Positions 47,674-60,820 of a DNA stretch of 64,000 nt are shown piece after piece. A model generated the notes under the pieces. It saw only the letters and a list, made by a program, of their open reading frames with translations. It had not been told where the DNA came from and made no database searches. The DNA comes from Bispira polyomma (lineage: Eukaryota), in contig OZ287748.1 of the NCBI GenBank assembly GCA_965649765.1, positions 7,440,001 to 7,504,000 of the forward strand, in the 5' to 3' direction. Every line of letters begins with the position of its first letter. Position 1 is the first letter of the stretch. The position numbers were made by a program, and so were the translations under genes.

Positions 47674-49535
47674 GCATGATTATGCCAATGCTTATTGGCA
47701 TAATCATGCTTTCCTGGAGAAAGGGAATAGTGAAAGAACCATCGTTACGCATGGTTGCAACATGTCAACAGGGTAATCTCTGAATCTATAAGGAGTTGTG
47801 CTCTTAAATTTGGTATATATATACTTTTTGGTCTCTAGTTGGTGCAAAATTAATTTTGTGGTATTTAAATGCAGTATAGTAGAAGTTATTCAAGTTTTAA
47901 ATATTGGGATCCTCAGATTTGATTGAAGGTTCCATTACAGCCCATTTCAAATGGTTTCAAAAGGAATATTGTATGTACATGACAAACATTAGGTTTGGGA
48001 AGATATATAACATATATATATATACTTTGGTTAATGAGTGGTTGTGGCTGTAAGGAATATAAAATTTGCCACCATCTGAAATTCGCAACTTAGAAAATGT
48101 TGTGTTTTGGGTAGAATTGTGGTAAATATTTGCTTAAATTATTATTTTTATGAATAATTTGCCTTCCTTACCAGTTATTTTTCGCCAGTTTTTATTTATT
48201 TGGCTTTAATTTTAGGGGTGGCGACTTTTAGATACAGGAGCCAATTTTAGATTCCTTACTGTATCAAGCTGACAATAAAAAATATGGTGAACCCAATATA
48301 TTGCATACAGGTTAACTGGAATATTTTAAAGGATAAAAATTACAGAAGCTAAATGTGTCACAATAGGAATAAACCATATGGGGTCAGAAATGGATGGTTT
48401 TTGATGGCAGGAAATATAGTTTTTTTCGTTTGGTAACAATTATAATTGAACTAAGTGTACCAGTGTAGCGCTAAAAAAAGTGTGTGGGGATACAAAATAT
48501 GGCCAAGGGGGGCTTGTCAAATTTTTGTGTCCCCTTGCAAAATAATGTATCCCCTGAAAATAAATAAATTAATTCTCTGACTATTTGTATATGTGTATTA
48601 TACTTATAAGCTTAAAACTTATAAGCCATTTTAGCTGAGTGCTATTTTATTTATCTTTTGTGATTTAGATTATTAAAGGATTCAAGTAAGTGTGAATAAA
48701 ATTAATGATCTATGTATACCTTTTGTGATTTGTAAAATGTTTGTGCATAGAACAATGTCAGTTTAATAATAAAAACAATCTGTAATTGGATTAAACATGG
48801 GCTTTGATAAGCAAAGGATAAATTTTAATGTGATAGATTTGTTTGGGGTGCTTTAGATTATTAAAGGATTCACGTAAGTGTGACTAAAATAATTAATCTA
48901 TGTATACATTTTGTGATTTGTAAAATTTTTGTGCATAGAACAGTGACAGTTTAGTAAAAAAAAAAAATCTGTAATTGGAATAAACATAGGCTTTGATCAG
49001 CAAGGAATTAATTTAAGTGATAGATTTGTTTGGGTGCTATAGTGGCTTCTGTACTGATGACTAGTACTTTCTTTTGTCTATAGGGATAGTTACTAGTGGT
49101 TCACTATCTTCGAACTAATTTCGGACGCTTTGCAAGCTATAACAGCTAAAAATGAAAATATTAAAATTGGAAAAAAAATTATGGTTTGGTCATTTCTAGA
49201 GCTGTCAAAAACCCCGATAATTTTGTAGGTAAACAAACCAACTTTTGTGAGTTACCAAAATATATGAAAAATTGTTTTTATCAGGTTTTAAAACAAACTT
49301 GTATGAAAAATAAATTATCAAAACATTTTTTAAGGGGATTCGGTTGTTTATACATATGTTTCAGATTTTACTTGAATTTTGCCTTTGGTTTACCTAACTG
49401 GGCACCCACAGTAAATGGTTCTCGAAATCCATTTCAATCGCTGACTAGTGACTGGTTCACTATTTCCAGACTCGTCAGTGGCTTGCTTTGTAGTGGCATT
49501 ATCATGATATGGCCGTCAGGCCATTCTCCTCTTCT
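47674..49535 (+). mobile_element. Helentron/HINE-like element, copy 1
   Basis: 5' perfect 16 bp palindrome GCATGATTATGCCAAT-GCTT-ATTGGCATAATCATGC. 3' subTIR GGCATTATCATG, hairpin ATGGCC-GTCA-GGCCAT and TCTCCTCTT. Contains a ~190 bp tandem duplication (~48663-49035) and a nested MITE. Confidence 0.75.
48048..48261. mobile_element. ~210 bp MITE nested in a Helentron-like element; related copy at ~37737-37980
   Basis: TIR GTAAGGAATATAAAATT / AATTTTAGATTCCTTACTG|TA. The internal TAGAAAATGTTG..GGTAGAATTGTGG..ATATTTGCT sequence is shared with 37737-37980. Confidence 0.7.
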
Positions 49536-49568
<33 letters not shown>

Positions 49569-51489
49569 AAATATTTTTTAAAAAAATTTATTTTTTTTTG
49601 TGTGTCTAACTAATAACTTGGACAAAATCGCCTTGGTGAAAATGTAGATACCAGATTAATTTTTTTTGTAAGCTACAGGTAGACCCTGTCATTAAAGAAA
49701 TATTAAAATTGATCTGTCTATCTGTCGACATGTACGTATGGATAAAAATATTAAAATTAATATAAGCATCCTAACTTAACCTAGGTTATTAGGAATGACA
49801 CAAAAATAACTTACAGGTTGACAGATCATATTTTATTAATGTCCCAAGTCAGAGCCCTACCTAATTAAGCGACCATTGGTCTCAATTGTCATCTTGTTTG
49901 ATATTATGTTATCAGTGTAGAGACTTCCCAAAGAAAGGTACAATAATCTACTCCACCGCAACCAGACATAAAGGTAATACTTATACAAGTCTCACCAGAC
50001 AAAACTATACACCCTTTATTTTTGTAACCCAAACTCTCTATATACACACAAAAGCAATAATTGATAATGTCACAAACCCAATACTATGACATCACAAACG
50101 ATGATCTCACATTGACATCATTTCGTACATGTGTTGTCTTAGTACAATACTGTGCAGATGTGCAGGGGAATAAGAATTGTGACCTTACCATGTTTTGAAC
50201 TATAAAGAGATTATGTGCTACATATCAATATTCACACAGAGGGCCTTTCTGCATTACATTAACAGCGCAGATTTGGGCAGGCTATTGGGGGAAGTCTCTA
50301 TACTGTTCTAGCTTTATACCTTCTGGAGTTTGATCAGGATGTGCACCACAGAGGCTGTTTGGACATTGTAGTCCTTTTGAAGTGAAACATTACCAGTTTA
50401 TTTCTCTTTTGTGTCTAGCTCCCATTGACATTTAGGACTTGAAAAGGTTTATTTATGGGTTTTTCCCCCTGAATACCTGAAAGAGAAAGCAAGGAACCAT
50501 CTTGTATTATGGTACAAAAGACATCAAACTAACTCGACAGGTGTGGCGACCCTGATTAAATCAGGCTGCCAGATTTTTAGATCAGGTTCAAAATATGTTC
50601 GCGTTGTGTTCAAATATGTTCAAAATATTGACATAAATGCAACCCAGTTCTTTGTTTAGTCAAAATAAAGAATTACTGACAGTGAGGCTTGGTTTCACAA
50701 GGACCCTTATTTAGATTGACATAGTAATAAACCGATTTAACAATCAACAATGTTTATTCACAAATAAATTGTGCTCATACTTAATATGACAATTCACATC
50801 TGTTTTCCCAATCAGCTGGGGTAAGAATGACAGCTCAATAAATCAGCTGTTTTACTACAACTTCCAAATATGGAAACCATAAACAAGGTGAAATTAATTC
50901 ACACTACACTAAACAAAATCACAAAAAATTACAAATAAACCCAATAGATAATGATAATAATTAATACTATTAATCTGCAGCAAATTTCCAATATGTCTTC
51001 CCGTAGGGAATTTAAAGTCTGTTTACATTCCTTTTGGTTGTCTAGCAACCTTACGAGTTCTACTCTTTTGCGCACCGCTTTGCGCACCGTACTTCATCAA
51101 TATATTACCAAAATACCGGTGTATTCTTACGTCACCAGTCTACAGGAAGTGATGAAGCACACAGAAATCCCAGATCTTGCCGGTGAGAATGACCAAAATA
51201 GTAAAAAATAAGATAAAATAAACAATATTTAACCCTAATATTATTCAAAATAAAGTTACAGACATACAATAAATGATATGCTAGTTATTGAAACAGATTC
51301 TACTGTCAAATACTCTAACATCAGCACCAATCCATTGGAAAACACCGCTAGCTTTCATTTACACCGCCTAGGTAGATTGTTTTTTACAGAAACTACCGAG
51401 AAAAGCCGATTCACTACGCAGGTCATCTCACAGGCATTGACGTGGGTCCTCAAACCAAACAATTTATTACTCATCATTGCTCAATACGG

Positions 51490-51625
51490 AGCCGTTATTC
51501 ACAAACATTCTTAAAATTTTATTGGTCTCAACCAAATCTTAATGTCAATCTTTGAAACAAAATTTTCAGCCAGTCAAATTAAGGCAGACACAAACACTTA
51601 AGTTTAAGAATCTTTGTGAATACCC
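51490..51625. mobile_element. Small MITE
   Basis: TATTCACAAACATTCTTAAA pairs with TTTAAGAATCTTTGTGAATA (1 mismatch in 20). Confidence 0.6.
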
Positions 51626-53344
51626 GTGGACTATTGTCTTGGTGGACGACTCTAGCAGTAATAAATAGAGTAAAGCTGAAGTTTGTACTGTCTTTAATCA
51701 CCTTGACTAGACTTCAGGTAGGGTAGCTGGGTTAATCCTATTTTTATCTTCTCACTGGTTTTCTCATCATCCCAATCTGGGCTTATTTCCTCTCATAAAT
51801 AATTTTTGCACTGTAAAACACAGATTTATTATCCCCTATCGGCCGAATGGTCAGGGAGGCGGGATATAGGATGTCACCATGCCTGTTTGATCCGATGATC
51901 CTTCCGTAACATGTGTCCAATTTATAACCAGACTGTTTGATATATATATTTTTTTTTGTAATAATTTGTATATCAAGACATCAAAATGTATTTACAATAC
52001 GTACACGACAAGTAGTACAATTTTCACAATCTTACATTTACACACAGGACAAATAAACAAAGACACAGATATATCAGTCTTAGCTGATCAGTAAGTAAAA
52101 ATGTAATGCAGAAACTCTGTTACTCAGTGAATAATAATTCACAATAAGTTAATACAGTTGCAGACTGTTTGATATATTCTGTTCGTATGTTAGATGGGTC
52201 ATTTATAGCCAGTTAGTACTTTCTTCCTGTTTTTTTGTGTGTGTAGCTTTATAGTCTGATATCACCCCTATTGAGGTATCAACCGACTTTACAGTTTACA
52301 CCCCCAGTCTGGGTTCTTTAACTTGTCAACCATTGTTCAGTCTCAGCTTTCACAGGAAGCATAGTTGAGAAAGGGTGGTTTCAACTTCCCAGTACACGTT
52401 GATGCTTGATGCATGACCGTGTTCAAATGGCTTGTGCTGTGATGGTTTTGTGTATCCTAGACGCTAAATCCCTGCCAATGAGATTCAAAATATTAATTGG
52501 CCAACCATTATCACCTGGTGTTACCTAGTATTATTGCCTGGTGTTGGTGATGACATACTATTGTTACCGCTCTTGTCTGTGACATCACAAACAAGGACAA
52601 TATTGATAGACACTATTTATAGTGTCTATAGAGTATGGTGGGGTGACACGGTTTCAAAGGGTGTAATATGTGTTAATATCAAAATTTCAATTTTCATTCT
52701 TTCTATAAAATAGCGAATATCCTCAGAAACGGTAAGATATTATAGTTCAATTTCGAGCCATAATGTGTCACTACCAGGGTAAAAAGGGACTGTAGCATGG
52801 GCTAATATTGAAATTTTACAATTTTCCAAACTCTTGGCAGCCATCTTGGATTTTTACAATTTTATAAAGTGGATATTATATCGGAAACTGTATGAAATAG
52901 AGTGATTTCGAGTAAATTTACAACCCGACAGGGTAAAAATAGCGTAATGACACAAAACCTTGACATACTACTGGTACTGTGTTTAAAACACATATCCACG
53001 ACAGTGGATCATTACAATCTTTGATTGTCTGATTTTATTTACATTTTTACCACAGATAAAATGAGAGGATCAAATATATCAGACCACAGAAATATTTCTA
53101 CAATATATTACCTTAGGCCAGGTCAGCTTTAGGTTTAAAGTCGTACAGACTTCAAGGTCGATCAGGGTCTGTATCCAGTCAAAACGGGATGCAATCAGTT
53201 CGATCTGGAAGCTCACCCCACATTTTCATTTTCCTGCCTAAAATATTAAATAAATTGATTTTTTCGCCCTGATCACCCTAATTTTAAAATCGAGCCCATT
53301 TGCCCGATCTTACTTGTTAGTAGAAACACCACATAAATCAATCA

Positions 53345-53819
53345 CCGGTTCCGCTCTCGGAAGGGCCCATGGGCGAAAACGACAAAAATTCAAAGAAGTT
53401 GGGGGTGGGCGTTTGCGAGAATGGGCCGTTACGCGAACTCGTTTTTTTGCTATAAAATGACATAAAACTCGCCTATTTTATCTGTCAAATAGAATAATCA
53501 ACAAATCCATACAATTTCTTATGAAAAACAGCCCCATTTTGTTGTTTTTATCTTCAACTGTGAACCAGAAATTACCGGTGCTCCCAGGTGAGAAAACGTC
53601 ACCATTGTTAGTGTACACAGGAAGCACAAATGATGGCTGTTTATATGACCAAGTTACCAAAGTTTTGCATATAAAAACATTGATTTTTGATAGTTTCTTT
53701 ATTGTATTTGTTGTTATATGATACGTTTTTTGCAAAATTAATTGGCCATTTTCCGTAATATGTGAAAAGTTGGGGGTGGGCATTTACGCGAACATAGGCG
53801 AGATGGAGAGCGGAACCAG
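53345..53819. mobile_element. ~0.5 kb MITE, copy 2
   Basis: CCGGTTCCGCTCTC ... GAGAGCGGAACCAG; same orientation and internal sequence as 24508-25019. Confidence 0.85.
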
Positions 53820-56800
53820 TGTATATAACCCTTTAAAAAGTTAGTTTCAAAAGAGATAAATTTCTGAGAAACTACATCTTAAAATTACAGGAATAATATT
53901 TGGCTGGATGGTACTTGATTGTAAGGCCTGTGACAGAATGAGATTTAAGCACTGATTATCTAAACACAGCTACATTATTTACATTTTGTGCTGGAATCTG
54001 TGATTTTTTTTTTAATTTGATAAATATGTATGAACGAACCAGTTTCTACCTAATGTGCAGTGATGTCTAAAAAGGGTTTATTTACAGCCAACTCTTTGCA
54101 ACTTTTTTCCAGATTTGCATTTACAAATTGTCAGGCAGGCAACTATTTGTTATTTGTTTTTTTACTTATAAAAGGGTATTCAACATGCGTTTTGTGACAT
54201 TTGCTTTAAGTATCCAGGTTTTCTACAATTTCTACACGGACCAACAAGAACCTGATGAACATTTGTCACCTCAAACTTGTCCACAATTTAGTTTATATTG
54301 CATGTAACAGGGAAGCTATCAGTGACTTTATCAGGCAGACAAGCAGTATATTTTAGGACTAGGTAGATTAGATAGCTGATAGGACAGTGTGCTTTGAGAC
54401 TTTTTCATTGCGATGGAGTTATTATCTGCTAAATACTAAAATGATTTGAAAATTGACTTTTAGACATTAACTCTCGTAAACGTAAATGATTTCTAGACTG
54501 ATGTGCCCACTGACACAAACAGATAAAGCTCATTTCCTTTTTGTTTTGTTTTTGCAAAAAAGTTGGACCTTTAGTTAAAGAAGGTTTGTCTTACTACTCC
54601 AGAATGTTGAGTTCTTCTGGCCACTGTTGTCATCTGGGTTCGTTGACATCTAAATGAACATCGCAGAGCGTAAGCTATTTGCTGTGCATGGTAACCATTC
54701 TGTAGTGAGCTTCACTTAACGGCTTAATAAGCAGATCACTTTCATGTTTGTGGAATGTTCATCACAATGAAACCTTCAGACTCCACCTTTGTCTTTTCTC
54801 TTTATTCTGCCCTAATATACAGAATTACTCTACTATGTCCTAGTTGTATTAAAGTCCCTGTTGATGATTGCTGATTAAAGTTTAAATGATAATAATAAAT
54901 CTTTACTTGAATAGGAGCCAAATTCTGACAAAGTTATATGATGTATATTATAATTACAAGAAATATAATGCACACAGCAGGTTGACCTTAATTAATAGGT
55001 ATAAACAAAATTTATTGTACTAACCAAGAAGTTGTATATAATATATCGCCGAACACTAAGCTTTGTTTGGTTTCTATAGTATATAGTAGACTCTTTGTAA
55101 TACTCAGTGTAAGTGTTAAAGTTTTCTGTAACTCGAATCAATTTTTGTGTCTCATCATTCAGAAATACTAAAATTAGGTACAAGTAGAACTTCAAGCCAT
55201 AAGTAGAAGCAAGAGTCTTGTGAATGTTGGAACATTTTACTTACACACAGTGTACTGTACTTACACTGAGAACAAAAATATATAACAATTGTGTAAGGGT
55301 AGTTACATAGGAAAAGCATGCACACAAAAACACAGCCAAAATAACCTGCTGACAAATTCTCTGGGAAATTGTGCATTTTGTGGTAGGATGGTTTGGTGAG
55401 TTTTTTTTATTAGTCACTGTTGGATCCCGTGGAGGTTGTAGGGTGGTGGAGGTGGGGGCCAGGGATGCGGACTTAGACGATGAATGTCAATGAAGGGCAA
55501 GTACCATTGGTAGTTGTAGACACAGGTCAGTAATCAAGAAAGAAAAAACATCTCTTAAGTTCTACTCAAATGAAGTGCAGGCTGTTTGGAGTTCTGTGTA
55601 TTCAGAACTAACTTGGAGCTGCCAGGTTTCTGAACAACACTTAGATAATCCATAACTTAGATTTCAAGTTTTTCTTAGATTTGTAGTAACTTCAATTAAA
55701 GTTATACCATTCGCCCCCTAGTAACCCACCTGATAGACCTGCACTAACTAGTTCTCTCGATCCAGTCTTCGTTTTGTTCCTTCAGGTTGTTTGTCAACTA
55801 CCAGCTCAGTTGGTTTACCGGTCATTATGAAGTACAAAAGGCTTCCTGTTTGTGAAGAGTTCCCCTATTGTAGAGAAGGAAAACAAACGCCAATTCAAAT
55901 AACCACTCCATGTCACATTAAAGAAGCTTGATTTATTGATCTGGCAGAAAGAGCAATCTTTGAATGTGATCAAATTTAGATACTGGTGTAGATCCCATCC
56001 GATGAGTATATAGACTCAAACTCTGTTTTATTCCAGCTATTCAGAGGAGATTTAAAAATGAATAGCACAGATACAGAATTTTACCGTACTTTTTCTATAT
56101 CTATATCTAAGCCTTAGAATTTGTTGTACGAAGATTAAGCACAATAAAAGAATGTCTATAATAGATTAGAGATTAGATTAGAATATGATGTACTGTGCAT
56201 TTCTTGAAAAAAATTCCACTTATTAAAGGTTTATTGAGGAGTACTGTATTGTCACATATATTTTTAAAGACTGAATAGCTAGTACAGCCTTAGAATGAAG
56301 CTAGATATTCAAGGTAAATATAATCCTATCGTGTTGTCAGCTATAAAAAGTAAATTAAGTGGAAAAAAAGTAGTAGATTCATTTTGTCACTGTCCAAGAT
56401 TAAGCCCGTGAGAAGGGGTTTAAACATTGAATTTATCCAATAAAATATTTTTTTTAAGACATTGATTTTGGGGAAATATTCGTCGCTCAACATTAGTACA
56501 GATTTTGTGCAGGTTTTATTTCTTTAAGGTCATTTTTTAAAATGTTTTCTTTAGAAAAAACAATAATGTTCAGTAATACTGGGACCATGATTGACTTTTA
56601 ACCTTCATATCAAATAGCCTTGACCTCACAAACTTATATATGTGGTATATAAACAATAGGACATACCACATATTGTTAAAAAAGAATAAATGGGCTGAAA
56701 ATATAACCTAAAATATGCAGTGGCATCAGCGATTTTGGCCACAATAAATTGTATTTTGATTACAGTAAATTATGTATTTTATATTAGTTATGAGGACCAC

Positions 56801-58084
56801 ATTGATATTTGTGGCACATTGTTTTGCGTTCCCTTTTTGAGTACAACAGTAAATTTCTTCTCAAATTTTGAAATGAAATATATCATGATTGGGGACTTGC
56901 TTTCGATGAAAGTGTTTTTGAAATGTAAACTTTATTACTTGTACCAAATATTTTTAATAATGTCAGGAGGTATATAAAGTGAATTGTGCAATGTTAATCT
57001 TTTGGATTTAAGGAATAACTCTTGACAAAGCATAGTGTATACGGTAATTTTTACCACGATTGAAGGTGTAGTAACACAAAGGCGAATTCTAACATAACAG
57101 ATTAGAATTATTACCTCATTCCACACACACAGACACACACACACACACCCCTCGTGTTGTGTCTATAGAGAATATGATGCATTTTTAACTTCACCCATAA
57201 GCGCCTACAGAGCATTACATATTTAACAATCGTGAAAAGAACACACTAGTCGCACAAACAACAACTTATGCTCAAGTGAGGGCTGAGACCGGTGACTTAA
57301 GAACCTCGCCCCAAAATCAAGTACGACCAGTGCAAATTGCCAAGGTCCTGAAAGTGGCATAAGGCCTTTGGAGATTACATATGGATACACAAAATTAATA
57401 TACTTATACCATAATTCACTAGGTGTTTACAGTTGTTCTCTTGTGTATAATTTTTGAAAAAAATAAGAATGGACTTGTATAGCATGTTTCTTACAAATCT
57501 GGAATGAGTAATAGTATCCAGGGTAGTTAAAACTAAAGGCCAGTAAAACGGTAAACAGATCACTTATTAATTAGACAAACAAAAGAACCATATTTCATTG
57601 TGTGACAATTTCTTGTAGTTATATGTCTCCATAGCATGTTGTAAATCGAGCCATTTATTCCAGGGATCAGCTGCAGAGTGGTGTAATACTGGAGGTAAAT
57701 CTGACACCCTTGTGAAAGTACTCGCCCTTTTAATGAGTTTTATGGAGCCGGGGGGAGGGGGTTGCAATCTCACGAAGCCCTGGTTTCCATGTAGCCAATG
57801 CTTTCGTTTCTTTTATCTATTTTAATGTATTTCCATATGCCGTCGATGGCAAGTCAACACTGCCTGTGTAAACCACTGTATAAAATCAATATATAATTTA
57901 CAGGTGTTTCCAAATCCTGGTGATCCATGTCTTTTTACATCACTAAATGTGCTAGTGAAATCAGCTACATAGAAACACATGAAATCACCCACACTGAGTA
58001 TTGGCCATCAGTGATTGGCACTCTGTCACATGGAAACGTAAACTTACATGTTTGCTGCTACTGTTGTTTGTTTGTTTGTTTTAG

Positions 58085-58145
58085 GGACACATTACCTACA
58101 GTTACTAACGGACAGCTTCATCCATGTCAACCTGTGATACAAGGG
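58085..58145 (+). CDS. TNPO3: Transportin-3 internal exon: (R)DTLPTVTNGQLHPCQPVIQG
   Basis: Boundaries ttgttttag| and |gtgagt, phase 2/0. Joins the 41055-41140 exon in frame across a ~16.9 kb intron and matches TNPO3 [21 protein letters not shown]. Confidence 0.92.
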
Positions 58146-58467
58146 GTGAGTTTCTAATGGCCTGTTTCCATACAGGCATGAAAGCGACCTATACCATGTC
58201 AAATGTTCACTACTCATATATTTCTTTAGGGTTTGTTAGAGTTGCGACCGATGCAAAAAATTACAACTGATGACTGAAACGGACGTTTCGGTGGTTTTGC
58301 GGTTTGCCGATCCGAAAAACTTTTACTAACACCCGTTTATGTCACATTGTATTTGCGTACTGAGTTATACCATGATACTAAATGGACTAAAAAACCCAGG
58401 AATTATTGTGTTTTCGAGAGTTATAAGAGAGTGGTTGTTTGTTCTTTTTTATCAGTTTCCAGTTTTT

Positions 58468-60820
58468 GCATGATTATGCCAATGCTTATTGGCATAATTG
58501 TGGTTTCCTATGAAAAGAGGGGGGGAGTGGGGGACGGGGGAGGGAGAGTGAGAAAAAGGAAGGTAACCATGGTTATTTTATGTCCACAGGGTAATGTCTG
58601 AACTTACAAGGATTTCAGCTTTCATATTTGGCATACATATGGAGTCTGTTTCAGTGATGGTCCATTTTTAATTTGGTGTCAATATAGCTAAAAGTAAGTC
58701 AGAAATAGCCATTTTCTGTTTAGGGATTGTGAGCTTTGATTAAAGGGTCTGTTACCGCCCATTTCCGGTTTCTCAGTTTCTAGAACGATCTCCTCAGCTG
58801 GTTCATTCATGGATAGTTTTCGTTGTTTTTGTGAAAGAATTTAGAGTAGTAGTAAGGTCATGTGATCTTCCGGGCATGCGCAGTGAAACGATCGATACCT
58901 CTTCCTAATTTATTCTCGCAAAAACGTTGCTAGAACCTTTTACTGATCGAGATCTCTTCTTTGATGTTTCCGGAAACAGCTACGTCATTCAGTTTGCAGT
59001 CAAAATACCGCGAATTATATAAAAATGAATAAAATTAGAAATAAGAAATACATTAATTAAGAAAATCGCCCCAAAGCTTCTACTTCATAGATATATCAGT
59101 TCCAGATGAAAGTTGGTAAGAGTAGATATATACACGTTTTCTGTGCTAATAATTTATATTAAACATATATAAGGGTACTTGCTTCTATTTGGTGTTTATG
59201 CCTTCTTTATTTAATGAATATTTACAGATTTCTAGGGAAAACGATTTTCAAATTAAAGTAGGTCGCTCTCAACAAAAACAGGCCTGAAACTGACCTCATA
59301 ATATTCAAAACGAGGCTGTAAAAGAAGTGCACCCAATAATATTTAATATTTCCGGAAACAGCTACAAAAGATGTCCGTCTTTGAAAATAGAAGAATAAAA
59401 CTAAAACAATGACAATTGGATCCCAAAAATTTAATAATATTACCTCAATAATCACAAATGGGTTTGTTTGTTTTAAACTTCTTATTTACTGATTTTGAAG
59501 TATATATATTTCGTACTTCCTTCTAACTTACCATAACGCAAGCATATAGTTCATATAAACATCGATGAATTGGTGTCGCGAAAATATCCTGGTATATGGC
59601 GGTAGTTTCTTAATATTTTACTGCATTGAATGGCTCTGTCTTCATCAATATTTAACCTTAAATTTCCCTTTTTGTATCACAAGAAAGCTATTAATCTGTG
59701 CTATTCAACCATTCCAACTGTTTTCAACCCTAATGAATATTCTCTGAGATAATTGCATAAATCATTGTAAAAATCTCAAAAGTTTGGAGATAAATAGGCA
59801 TTGATCAAATTATGATTTCTCTGTAATTACTTAAGCTAAAATTTCAAGATTTATATATCATGAAACAGCAATTAATACACTTTCTGACCCTTTTTACAGA
59901 ATATAATTTCCTTTAATATTTACCAAGGTACAAGTCTGTATATTGTACATACATATTTTACTGTAAATTCTATTTCGCAGTCATTTTTATATTGTCGCAA
60001 GAAATCTGCGTATACCGAACAATCCATTGCCCAGTCAATGAGCCGAGATCTGTTAGAAAGTGTGATTAGACTTCAAAATATATAAAAAAATATAACGGGA
60101 AAATGGCAGTTTATTACTACCAAATGAAGTCTGCATCCTAATGGATGAATTGTATGTTTTAATTTTGCTACATTTAAAATTTTTTACTGTCCCCGCCAAA
60201 ACAAGTCGAAACGAAAATGTGGAATTTGCTTATATGTCGTCAAGCATCCTGTTAGCGTACGCTTCCGTTAACGGACAACAGTTCTACTAGAAAATCTCTT
60301 ATTTTGAATTAAAATGAGGATAAAAACGTAAACAGCATTCTCTGATCTTTTAATTTGTATTATCGCCCACTGAAGACCGACCCTGTAGCGACTGTGTCCT
60401 TGTCAGTATTAGTGGACTCCCAAATTTTGTGATATTGTAGGCGTATGCGCAGTCTTTGAAAATTATTTTTACTGATGGTTCACTAATTTCGAATGCTTTG
60501 CAAGCTTTAACAGCTGAAAATACTAAAATTAGAAAATAAAGTGTAGTTTGGTCATTTTGAGAGCTGTAAAAAATCGTTTTTATCAGGATTTAAAACAAAA
60601 TTATGTAATAAATAAATTTTCAAAACATTTTTTAAGGTGATTTGGTTCTTTATGCATACATGTTTTAATTTTGGTTTAGCTTACTTGGTACCTAAATGGT
60701 TCTCGAAACCCATTTCGACCGCTAACTATTGACTGGTTCACTATTTTTAAGATTCGTCAGCAACTTGCTTTTTACTGGTGGCATTATCATGATATGGCCC
60801 CCAGGCCATTCTCCTCTTGT
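58468..60820 (+). mobile_element. Helentron/HINE-like element, copy 2
   Basis: Same 5' palindrome and same 3' GGCATTATCATGATATGGCC..GGCCATTCTCCTCTT end. The last ~350 bp align with ~49095-49535. Internal blocks are also shared with ~46090-47460. Confidence 0.75.

Noticed and set aside
49410-49485. Hammerhead-like CTGACGA...GAAA on the minus strand (also ~60695-60760, and CTGATGACTGAAA at ~58267)
   Set aside because: I could not form stems I and II in a consistent register in both copies. The motif is better explained as a CTGACGAGT..ACTCGTCAG DNA palindrome within a transposon. An Infernal search with hammerhead models would settle it.
50543-51260. Possible solo LTR (TGTGGC...GTTACA)
   Set aside because: No matching target-site duplication, no second copy, and no PBS or PPT visible.
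55155-55376. Minus-strand peptide MFQHSQDSCFYLWLEVLL, loosely like TNPO3 VYHVHQHSCFLYLGSILV
   Set aside because: Wrong strand, wrong position in the exon order, no clear splice sites, and only a short weak match.
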